This document shows positions 39,869 through 51,175 of a stretch of 64,000 nucleotides of DNA, one piece after another. The notes beneath the pieces were generated by a model, which saw only the letters and a list, made by a program, of their open reading frames with translations, made no database searches and had not been told where the DNA came from. Both the position numbers and the translations under genes were made by a program. Origin of the DNA: Enoplolaimus lenunculus (taxonomy: Eukaryota); assembly GCA_030248215.1 (NCBI GenBank), contig JASANG010000273.1:620001-684000 (forward strand), read 5' to 3'. Position 1 is the first letter of the stretch. The number at the start of each line of letters is the position of its first letter.

Positions 39869-41437
39869 CTGTACGGAGTCTTAACCATTTCGTTGTTGAT
39901 CAACAATGTATTGAAATATGCTTACAAACCCATAGCTTACGTGGAAAATTATAGTATCAAATGAAATGCAAGTTATTTCATAGACTGAATTCAGATATTA
40001 AACTAGCAACTAACTTTCTAGCGACATCCTGACCAGTGGAACCCGAAATTATAATAGCATCGACTCGCTGGACGTTGAGGTTGAGCAGAATAAGTGTTCC
40101 AATAATGAGCTAACAAGAATTATTCACACTTTGATCCCAATACGTGATATTCTGATACTAGAAAATATGTAAACGTAGACCAATCACAGATTTAGATTCT
40201 TTTGTTAATATGCTATCAAACTAGCTGTCAAAAATTATTTTGATTACTCTTGTTCTTATCCAACATAAACTTCTAAAAAACAGTTTCGCGTAAAAAACTT
40301 TCCGGCGACTCGTTTAGATTCTGAAAGTTTAACAAACACCGAGATTTCCAGTTGTAAATTGTGTATTTATGAATTGCTTAGTGTTGGAGGTTTGGATGGC
40401 GACAGCCCCATTCTGCGTCAGATCCCTGAGCTTGCGGGGAATAAGGGGGGCGGCAGCCCCCTTGCGAATCCAATTAAACAAAATTTTTCTACGTGAAGGA
40501 GTTTTTCTTCCCTACTGTAACCGTAACATTTATACCATTTGTAGACGCCATATTGTATTCAAAAATTCGTATTTGTCTGCTATTAACATGTGTGGGTCAC
40601 CTTTTGTTCTTCTATATCATATGATATTTGAGGTACGGTCTGCGAATATCATATATATTTTAAAATGTCTGCATACTTGAGGTAACATACCCAAATTGTC
40701 CTGTTGAATATGATATAATACTAAAATTTGAAATTCAAATTTCTGAATACTGAAGCTGCTGTTCTGAGCGATTTTGTGTCGGATACGTTTTGAAGGCGTG
40801 TATTTGGTATTTAAAGCACATCTGTGCCTCTGCCGTTCAACTTTCCATTCATTTATCACCACCCTAAAAATACTGTCCCGGTGATTTGTTGAAACTTTGG
40901 AATATCATGTGATATTCGCATAAATGTCACACAGTATTACGTGACATACTAATCCTTGTACACATTGAAAATTCGTGAGCGGTGGTTTGCAAGCTGTCAT
41001 ATGACATTCGAGTTTTGTCTGTTGACTCGACATAAACGCCCGAATTTTAACGTTGATGTCAAATCAACATGGGGTAAACCGTGTCACGCCAGCCCCGGTT
41101 ATAATGTGAACCCCGCGTTACACGGGCCTTCCTCGTTGCGTATACTCCTGGTACTTTGCTGACCCGGGACATTGGGATGGCTTTTAACGTAACACTGGCC
41201 GACATCTACTCAGCGTGCTGTATTAGAAACTGTACAAACACAGTGGCACAGCAAAAAAATTTACTTCACATATTCATCAATAGAGCGTTTACGGAGTATC
41301 CACATTACTTGAAATTAGATATAATGCAGAGAGTGTGCACCATCAATATAACTTTTTCTGAGTCTATACAACGGATGTCACGACCGTAGTCACACTCTTT
41401 TCACAAAGTAGAGGATTCGAACCAAAAACATATACGT

Positions 41438-41739
41438 CAGGGTGTAAACGGATAATAAAATAACGGAAAATGATAGTGATCAAAATAACGGAAACGGAAA
41501 ACAGATATCGAAGTATAAAAGTTTCACAGATGTTTATTATTTTGCCTACCCAATTGATGAGTGCAAATAATAACCAGGCGTTGTAAATTTTAAAGAAAAA
41601 ATTGCGGATGCATCGAAATTTTAAATTTTGGATGAATTTCAAGATTTTTACTTAATGTATAAATAACAGAATTTCCGTTGTTTCCATAACGTAAGCAGAC
41701 AATGATTTTTAACGGAAACGGATATCCGGTAACATCCTG
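41438..41739. mobile_element. CAGGG-ended MITE with AACGG subterminal repeats
   Basis: Ends CAGGGTGTAAACGGATA / TATCCGGTAACATCCTG. Related pieces at 62568 and, inverted, 31890-31950. No clear TSD. Confidence 0.6.
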
Positions 41740-42157
41740 ATTGATACACGCATGTCTAACACATTTACAACATGAAAAAAATATATACTTACAGACTATG
41801 CGAAAAAACCAACACTGTACAGCAAGTGTTGTGACTCAAACCAAGCGGACATTAAGGAGAAAGGGCTCCGAAAAGGGGGTACAATTTTTTACATCTACGT
41901 ATACTTTATAACGTAGATAACTTATTATAACAATTGCCACGCGCCAGCCCTACGCCAATTTAACCCCGAATATCCAATGTTCAAAAAGCCCTCTTTCTTC
42001 CACCGGTAATCTTTGCATCATTTTGCCAAACGAGCCAACCAGTTGGCTACAAATTCTTTAATCGCAAGTTATTCCTGCATTCGCCGGCGTCATATAACTT
42101 CAAATTTGATACTCTGCCAATGCTCTTGTTTCGCAAGCTAAACGACGGCAAACAAGA

Positions 42158-45100
42158 TCAATAAATTGCATCATCATCCAAATTATCACCCGAGTCGGCT
42201 TCTCCATAGTCTTCACCATTGTCGAAATATGCCATGGCATAATCATTAAACTAAAAATGAACATAGAAACGGGCAGTATACTACACACAATTAATGAGAA
42301 TATTGCACAGAGTAATGTGGAAGTCATCATGCGTAGTAAAGGTTGTTACCAAATGAGTAAATAGACAGCGAACATATCGGGCACGCATAATGATTAAAGT
42401 GCCAAAAACGAAAGCGGATATCAATTATGAACCAGATCGGTATCAAACACAATCTTCAAAGATATCAAGTTAAAAATTTTCCCTTAACCCGTTCTCACCT
42501 GTAATTGCTGATTTTGATCTGACAAGTAGTTTTAACTTTTTAAGGTACGATTCGAACGCAATTCTCTTGTGGAAGACGTTTCACATACTTTTTCAAAAAC
42601 CCAATGAAAAAATATCCACTCTGATGTACTATAATTCTGTCTGCTACAGTAGAACCGCAATTGAGATTAACTACAAAACGCTTATGTCTATTTTGACACT
42701 TAGTGCGAAATGGCCACGGTAAACCCTTGTTATTCAGCCGGACATCCGATTTCGTGTTCGGTAAGAACCAATCTCCGTTTCCGTTATAGAAATACTGGAT
42801 GTTCACCATTTAACAATCATAAATAGTTATAGATCAGGTACAAGGCATTCAAATTTTGGTTTCACATGCGCTATCCTTCAATATCTGTTTAGTTTTTCGT
42901 TGCTTTGATCCGCATTCGTTTCAGTTTTTTTACTATCCGTTTAGACCCTGATACCAGATCAGCTGTGTGCAACTACACAATTCTTCGGTTAGAGCGTTGC
43001 AAAAACCTATTCCAGTTACTTCTCTGTAAAACACGTGTTTCGCCATCCGATTCAAAATGGGTTCCGATTGCATAATCAATCGCAATTTCGAAATTTTAAT
43101 TTTAATCCTACATATTGTGATACGTTGCATTAAAGTTCTGCATTATTGATCTATTAAATTGCGTTCGATGGCTTAACTTATCAATAATTAATAGTTGTTT
43201 AAAGCAACAATCATCGCCAATTTGATGATGCGACCATTTCGAAAATTGTTGCCTGCCAGACAGACACCCTAAATCAATATTATATTTGTCAATACACATT
43301 GTCCGTACAGTCACAAAACTTCTAGTTCCGAATCCGATTACAATTGCGGTATAAGTTTGCTGTTCCGATTCCGATATAATCCAATTCCGCTTTGCACTCT
43401 GGTTCCGGTAAAGGCTCACTACTTATAAAGTTACACAACCCATCACCAACTGGTAAAAGCTTCTACACACAATCAAAGTCTGCGGTTGACTTAGTGTTTG
43501 CAACTTGGGCTCCGCTCATCGCCTGGTTGGGCTTGAAGTTACACTATGTCACATTTGGTGCAGGGTCGGTCGGCTCATTCGGTTGAATACAAGTGGAACA
43601 ATCGATTCGACGCGGATCACGTCGCCGTTTTCTGTGCCGTCATGCCCACCGTTTGAGAATTCTTGACACGGTTGAATACCGTTCCAACTTGTCACTTCAG
43701 AAGGCAAGCTAATCGAACAACAATTGTTGTGCAACTCACCTCTTCGCCTTCATCTTCATCCTCATTGGTCATAGCTTCAAGTGCATCCTCACGAAGGGTA
43801 TCTTTCTTCGGTTTGTCACTGTCTTCATTTGTAGTTCCATTTCGATTCATTTCTTCCGAGTCGTCATTAGCTCCTTTTTCACTTCCACTAGCGTTACCTT
43901 CATCATCTTGCAGCATATCACGTGCCCCGTCGTCGATGTCTTCTTTTAGTTCCAACATCTGAAAACCTTATTTGAATCTTCATTCTGTACCCATAATTTC
44001 AAAACAATATTTTTGTAAATTTTGAACCAGCCAACAAAGAACTTTAAAATAGATCACTTTTATGCACGCAGCTGCTTCAATTTACTTGTTTCAAAACCGA
44101 TTGTTAGCTAGTGATAGTTGCAACACATATTTGAGAATACAGTCCCTCAAAAGAGTTTAGCATTCATCAGCGGTACGTTTTGTATAAAAGCAACAAATCA
44201 AGTCCAGAAATTTTACATTTAACATGATTTCGATAATTTGCGTCAAATTTTTCATTGTTTAATACAGTAGCAAGCTTATTGACCAAAATTGGTGATTTAA
44301 AATTATATATAACCACAGTTAACTCAGGCAAAATTATGCATTACACAATAAAAATTCTTAAACTGCAAAGCAGTAAATTTCAAAGAAAGCGATTGGTATA
44401 AACGCATGCGTCTAACAGTTATCAACAGACAAAGCAACTATACGAAGATTTACAAGTAATCACTACATATTATTACTGAAATGAACAATAATTAAAAAGG
44501 TATTAAGTACGTCTAGCTGTGATGAAAATTTCCCAGAGGCCGTTGATTTTGACTTGCTCTCGTTTTTGAGCACTTTTGCTGGCCACAGTTCACGTGGGAA
44601 TCGCTCCCATTCTACAAAGTTAGTAAATGCTACAATAATTAAATTGTTCCTCAGAAAAACCTTAAGCAGACCTCATGGCTCACTTTAATATCCATACTAA
44701 CACCAGTAAACTACTTACAAAGTGGAGCAGCAAATACTTAGCGCATCAGTATATAATTACTGGTATTCAATGTGTTTTGAATTATACATCATTAGAAAAA
44801 ATCTCTACCTCAACTTCGAAAGCGCTGCTATTGACAAATTTCGTCCGGTAATTGCCGATTTTTCCGAGACTTATTTACGCACTCACTTGTTCGTTGTAGA
44901 GACATGTCTTGAGCAGGGATTGGAGCCTAGGTCTCGACAAGTCTCGGTATTTGGCAGATCTCGGTCTATTTCATAATATTCTCCAGTTCAAACAGTCTCG
45001 ATCTCGGCATTCCGCAGGTCTCGGTCTCGGTTTTTGAGTCTCACTGCTTTGGAACCGAGACGAGAATCGAGGATTCAGCAAATGTATGACTATATTGTTG

Positions 45101-46780
45101 AAGTAAGTGGCGGCTGATTAATAAAATTATTCAGTGAAATTACAAAATTTCATAGTTACGCAATAATTACGAGCAGATATTATGAAACAATACAAATAGC
45201 CAGGATACCGGAACCGGATAGTGATTTTTTACTGGAACAGGATGTTAACCGGATAGAGCACGTTAATGCGTCAGTAAATATTAATTTATCTTTAGTAAAC
45301 GGAATATTGAATTAATATAAGGAGCGTGTCCTAATACTTGAAATTAATTGTGTGAAGCTGCTAATAATTGGTTTGTTTCGATAATAAAATCCGAATAGCT
45401 GCCTTAACCATATGCAAAAAATACTGCTTTAAACCAATACTGTATACTTACATGTAATGGGACTGAAAACATAACATCTCACAACATAATTTGCAATAAT
45501 TCAAATCCGGTATCCGGCAGGGTTATACTTACCGGATACCGGAACCGTATGCGGGTTTTTCACCCTGGTATTCAGGGATCGACCGGATATTAATTTTACC
45601 GGATACCGGAACCGGAGCCTGATAGTTTATTTTGTACCGGAACCAGAGCCGGTTGTTAACCTGATATAGGATCTAAATTTGTACACTGTTGGAAGTATTT
45701 GAGTCGTGCAAACACATGTAATTATGGATTTAAGATTAATTTTTGGTTTGGATTTTTCATTCCATGTCAGTGTCCATTCATGAATTGCTCGGAATTGTAA
45801 TCGCTTCAAAATATCTAGTGTTTTGACGTGCAAAAACAGTTCTATGATATTTGGAACCACAACCACAAATATCCGGTATCGGTAGGTTTATACGAGATAT
45901 ATACGAAAAAATTTTCAGCTTCCTGGCAACACCAAGAATACTGACCCATCCAAAAATTGTGAATGAAAACTTCCGATTTAAGTTAAAGTTACAAAACTTA
46001 CATGAAACATGATTTAAGTCAAAATCTGATATTTAAATCATGTTTCTGAAACGCAGTCACTGTCCAAACTCATTTAATTTAATGTTAAAGTTAGTGTACC
46101 TGGAAACCATCGTTTAGTTCGAGTGCGTTTCAGCCGATCTGTATATCGCTTAATTTCATGACTAGTGTCTTTTTCAATAGCTTCAAAATATGGCGAACTA
46201 GCAAATGACATCAAAAATTCTTGCTTTAGCGCAACAAGATAATTGCTGTCTTGTTCCGACAGTAAATCATTTGGATCTGCTAAAGGTAAGGGACTTGACG
46301 GCAGCGGCTGAAAAAATATATGAAACATGATATAGTTCATTATTGCACACAGTGACGGATAATCCAGGTGTGGATCAGCTTTCACTTTGAGAAATTCCAA
46401 GTCCGGTTTTTGACAATGAAAAATTCTGGGTCCAGGTTTTACATTTTTTAGCGTTGCTACTCTAAGAATTTTGGTTGATTGCATGAGTCCGCCGGTTTCA
46501 CTACCACACCATTAGTTGTGACAACCAGTAAAATAATTGCCAAAACCAAACAACATCAAGGGTAAGTTTTTAGTAATCGTACATACGCCGAAAAAAACTT
46601 AGACAGGAATAGAATGTTAAACTGTGATCTGTGATGACTCACCGGATAATTTGTGGAAGGCTGACTCACGACTTGGGCCCTCATATCAGCTTGGTCTAAT
46701 CCAAGTGCGGAGGCCATCGTGTTAATGCCAGATCTAGAGGGTGCCTTGCCTCGACCACGACCGCCTCCACGCGATGCCAT
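42158..46780 (-). CDS. POLR3G: DNA-directed RNA polymerase III subunit RPC7/RPC31-like, ~252 aa
   Basis: Exons 46780-46643, 46307-46100, 44611-44511, 43958-43740 and 42250-42158 (759 nt, in frame). N-terminal RGGGRGRG, PxYPPL, IKRYTDR, WERFPREL, an acidic tract, and the C-terminal NDYAMAYFDNGEDY...DDDAIY typical of the Rpc31 family. Confidence 0.93.
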
Positions 46781-47576
46781 GCTGCGATATACTCGTGAAA
46801 TTTAAGATAAGATGTTTATTGAGAACCTATCACATTCGAATCGGTGTCAGATCCTTTACAAACTCGCCATTCGAGCGCCACAAGCAAAATTTCTATTGAA
46901 AAGTAACGAAACTTTTCTAAATCTTGAGTCTAAAAGTAATATTTCAAAGGTTTAATGCAGCACACAAGCCAGGAAAAATTTGGCGTATTCGTGCTGAGTT
47001 CCTTTAATTCGCGTATTGATTTTCACTGGCAATCAGATTACAGCAGCACTTGCCTTACCAGCGGGTGGCGCATGACGGGATAAGACAATTTTAAATTTGT
47101 AATTTTTAGTCTCACAAGATCAGTAGCAAGCACTCTAACGGCAACCAAACAGTACTTGGCTGGTTACGCAATTCATGCGGATGGACAGACGTTTGGGTTT
47201 TAAAAACAATTTTGCCGAAAGTAGTCAACTTAAATTTTGCACTTTGACTTTGAGCTTACGTTCTTAATTTCGTCGCCGACTTTGCTGCTGCTTAGTTGGA
47301 GTTTCAGGGTTTGCCCGGGTGCGAAGATGCTGCTGTAGGCCGTATGTGATGTAGGTTCACTTATAAATCCTGCTTGCAGAGGCAATTAACCTAAAATACA
47401 AATTACGCTAGCTACGTAAAACAATACCGTACGTAAAGTTTGGCGTTGTACATTACTGAAACCAGCATTTCATGTATTACATGAACTCCGCCTGTGTGAG
47501 CCTATTACTCGCAGGGGAGCCGGTTGTGGGTATTATTAGTTCGAGTCTGCCGATTAAAAATAATATAGCCTTCCAA

Positions 47577-47910
47577 CAGGGTGCAGCTGGAGGTGAAAAA
47601 TGCCGCAGCCGGAGCCGGAGGTCAACGAAACTTGCCGGAGCCGTATCCTTAGGTGAGGCGAAATTAGGTAGTAAAACGATGATGGTTAACTAAGCAGTTA
47701 ATTTTAGCCAATATCTGCATTATGTTGTTAATTTGTTTGGTTTTACGTTATTTCTGGACAAAAGTAAAACGAAACGTGTTCAAGAGATAAATTTTGTATA
47801 ATTATGCAAAATTTTACTACCTAAATTGTGGGAACACCCGGCAAAAATTTTACCGGAGCCGGAGGCCAATTTTCTGCCGGAGCCGGAGGCAGACCTCCGG
47901 TTGTGCCCTG
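47577..47910. mobile_element. hAT-like MITE (CCGGAG subterminal repeats)
   Basis: Ends CAGGGTGCAGCTGGAGG / CCTCCGGTTGTGCCCTG with an exact 8-bp TSD CCTTCCAA. Relatives at 63339-63560 and, inverted, 49180-49310. Confidence 0.85.
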
Positions 47911-49656
47911 CCTTCCAACCAGGCTCGACGCAAGTTGTACGGTACGAAGCACATTAACACTAATAATAATGCGAGTCCGCGCACAAATGGGGTCCCGTAC
48001 GACAAAAATGGTATAGGCCGAACCTGATAAATTTATTTCGATCGTTACCCGCTATCATTTAGCCCATTAATAATTATTAGGCGCTAGAGCGCGAGTTATA
48101 TATGCCATTTGATTACGATACTTACGGAATCTGAATGCAATTGTGTAAAAACCATAAAGGAGCCGTTCATCCTGCTGCGCGGACTTTGAGGCTGTGGCAG
48201 GTTAAGCGGCTCCGTAATACAAAAGCAATGCAGCATCAATATAGCACAGTATCATATAGAACCCGTAATACTCGTAGTGTAAACTTTACCATTCATAACG
48301 CGGCGTGTACTGAGTGTCTGTAGCCACGCAACCGGTTTCGACACACACAACGTTGTAGATAGGTGGTTTAGGGCCCAGGTTGCTGGGATCGAAATACTTA
48401 TTACGTAGTCTAATGTAGAATCCTTTGAACCGCCTAGTTGTTAATTTTGGGTCGCTTTGGTTTTGCCATTGAAACGTTATTGGGCTCCCGAGGAGATTCT
48501 TAAAAATTATCGAAAATGTACCTAAACAGCTTCAGATTCGACGTTAAAAATGTAACCACAAAAGGCAGACAAGGGCACGAGTTGCGGCACATGTCTCGCT
48601 GCGCTAATAAGGGCGCTAAAATTGAGCAAGCCGGTAAAACCGTGAAAACCATTTTGAGATTTCCAGTTCAAAACCGAGTAACGACTTTTTTTGTAGGTAA
48701 CAGTTTCAAAAAAGAGTGAGCGAAGGGCCTCAGAAACGATTCAAGATAAGTCTTGACGAATTCGCAATCGAACTGATCGAGCAGCTAAAAATTTGCAAAC
48801 TGAAGCACTCGGTCTCGCTTGTGTGTCTGCACGTTAACTTAACTACTAGGCTAGTTAGTAATTTACCAGCATGTTTTAGGTTAGATACACCAAAGTTATT
48901 CAAATGTAATTATTAGCAAGCAACAAAGCAGATAATGACAATTTACTATTTTTCGCTTGCAAGGCCACCAGGGTAGCTCACAGTTAGATGAAATTTTACC
49001 TGCAGGTCATTCGTTGGGGGAATATAATTCCTTGCTCGTTGTGATAAATTGGGTGTGTAAGGTCTGGACTTGCGAGAACGGAGATATTCGGTCGATCCAA
49101 AGGCGGGTATGGTCTGGCTGTTGACAGGCACTGTAACACGACAACACGGATTGCGTCCCTACGGCTCGTATCATGATACAACCGCAGGTTTGCCTCCGTC
49201 TCCGCTCCGGCATAAAATCGGCCTCTGCTCTGGCTCCAGTAGAATTTTTGCCGGAGGTTCTGGCAAGTTCGGTAGTAAAATTTTGCATAATTTTGCAAAA
49301 TTTATCTATTTACGCCTTTCGTAATTAAGGTGCGAAATGGAACTAGAACCTCGGAATTAATTAGAAATGAAAAAGGACAATTTGAAAATAAGCACACACA
49401 AGATCACAGACAATATGATATTTTGGAATTGGCGCAAACTGGAGAAAATGGAGTGAATTGGCACAAATAAAGTAGCGCAATGTAAAAAGGGTTTGAAATT
49501 TGGTAGGAAAGTGGGATTTAATACCGGAAAAGATTACCACCGGTTACGTACAGTTCACAGCCTAGAGACGAAGACCGAGACGGGAATTAATGCACACCGA
49601 GGAAACGACATAGCTAGAGGTCGAGGGATGCCGAGGGTGATCACCAGTGTGTCACC

Positions 49657-49852
49657 GAGTGCGTACTGGGGCCCCACCCGACAGCAGTGCGCACTGGGGC
49701 CCCACCCGACAGCAGTGCGCACTGGGGCCCCACCCGACATCAGTGCGCACTGGGGCCCCACCCGACAGCAGTGCGCACTGGGGCCCCACCCGACAGCAGT
49801 GCGCACTGGGGCCCCACCCGACAGCAGTGCGCACTGGGGCCTCACCCGACAG
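49657..49852. repeat. GC-rich minisatellite, 7 x 28 bp (CAGTGCGCACTGGGGCCCCACCCGACAG)
   Basis: Head-to-tail, near-identical units with no spacers. Confidence 0.97.
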
Positions 49853-49865
49853 CGTAGGCTAGGTT

Positions 49866-50840
49866 TTCAGTTCTGAGTTCTTGCAGCTGAGGGCGTTTTA
49901 TGTATCTTGGTTCTTCTATGTTTTACTTGGCTGCGGCATATGAAGGCACTACATATGCATCAGTATTTTAACCGATCTGCAGCATCAGCATGAGGTTTTT
50001 ATTTGACCTCCATGCATCCGCATGTCACATCCTTCGGGTTTTCTACAAGGACATCCTTGACTGTGCAGCTGCAGATGAAGGGCGTTTTTACGATGTTTCG
50101 ACCCAATGACCCATCATGGCCGACAGATTCTCAGTCCAGCGCGATACCACTGAGCCACGCCGTCTCACAATCAGCTGCTGAGTTTTCCTGTTTTTATACA
50201 CATTAAAACATGGAAGAACCAAGATAAATGTTTATTTGACATGTCGATGCATGGAGGCCAAATAAAACCTCATGCTGATGCTGCACATTGGTTAAAACAC
50301 TGTGTAGTGCCTTCATATGCAGCAGCGCTAAAAATATGGAAGAATCAAGATACATGTATATAATGTTGAGATTCTTATACGGCATAGCAACGTGGCTCAG
50401 TGGTAGAAGCTGGACTGAGAATCTGTCAATCATGGGATCCAAACCTCGCATGAATGCCCATCACTTTCAGCTGCAAGAACTCCGAACAAAAAACCGTGTT
50501 ACCCTAGCCTGCCCAACTTATCACATGGTGAACAAGATGGGACACAATGGAAAGCTACTGCGTTAGAACAAAAATCTAGGTTGTCGGTCAAGGAACGACC
50601 TTGTAGAAATACCGGGGGATGTGATATTGCGTGTGCATGGAGACATAAACCTCATGCTGATGCTGCACATTGGTTAAAATACAGATGCATTTCTAGCGCC
50701 TTCATATGCAGCAGCACTAAAACATGGAAGAAGCAAGATACATGTGTATAATGTTGAGGTTCTTATAAGGCATAAAAACTTAGCATCTGCTTGTGAAGCG
50801 ACATGGCAAGTGGTAGCGCGCTGGACTGAGAATCTTCAAA
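49866..50840. mobile_element. Cluster of tRNA-derived SINE-like repeats (direct and inverted copies)
   Basis: tRNA-like head CGTGGCTCAGTGGTA..GCTGGACTGAGAATC at ~50387 (+), ~50798 (+, truncated) and ~50166 (-). Shared body AAACCTCATGCTGATGCTGCA...CCTTCATATGC at ~50263, ~50647 and, inverted, ~49935-50000. Confidence 0.7.
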
Positions 50841-50883
50841 TCAGTCTTATGTATGTTTATGCAAATCAGTCAGTGTGTAAACG

Positions 50884-51056
50884 CACTGCCGGAGCAGACA
50901 AGAATGGGGGCTCCACCCAAACTCCAGAATGAGAGCTCCGAAACTCGCGAGCGAGCGAGAAGCCACACACATTTTAGAACCTTGGCGGTTTTTCTTTCAA
51001 CCGGTTACTGCGGAGGCCCCCGAATGGGGGTATAGACGGTGTCTCCTCCGGCCCTG
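50884..51056. mobile_element. hAT-like MITE
   Basis: Ends CACTGCCGGAG / CTCCGGCCCTG. TSD TGTAAACG / TGTGAACG (7/8). Confidence 0.75.
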
Positions 51057-51175
51057 TGTGAACGGTAATGTCGATTAGGCGGCAACTAAACGGTAAAATG
51101 GTTTAGACGGTAACTTATTCGCCTATATAAGTTGTACATACATATAATTTGGGTCTACTGTCAGCGTTTAAAAGA

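Noticed and set aside
40617..40862. Possible extra gene between RPC7 and NCBP1
   Set aside because: Splice-like signals exist, but I could not build a continuous multi-exon frame or recognise a protein.
43392..43586. Peptide TQSKSAVDLVFAT resembling an AP-endonuclease motif of non-LTR retrotransposons
   Set aside because: A single short motif with no other endonuclease or RT motifs nearby, so it cannot be told from chance without an HMM search.
49657..49852. CRISPR-like palindromic 28-bp repeats and the ORFs across them
   Set aside because: Units are directly adjacent with no unique spacers, there are no cas genes, and the context is eukaryotic.
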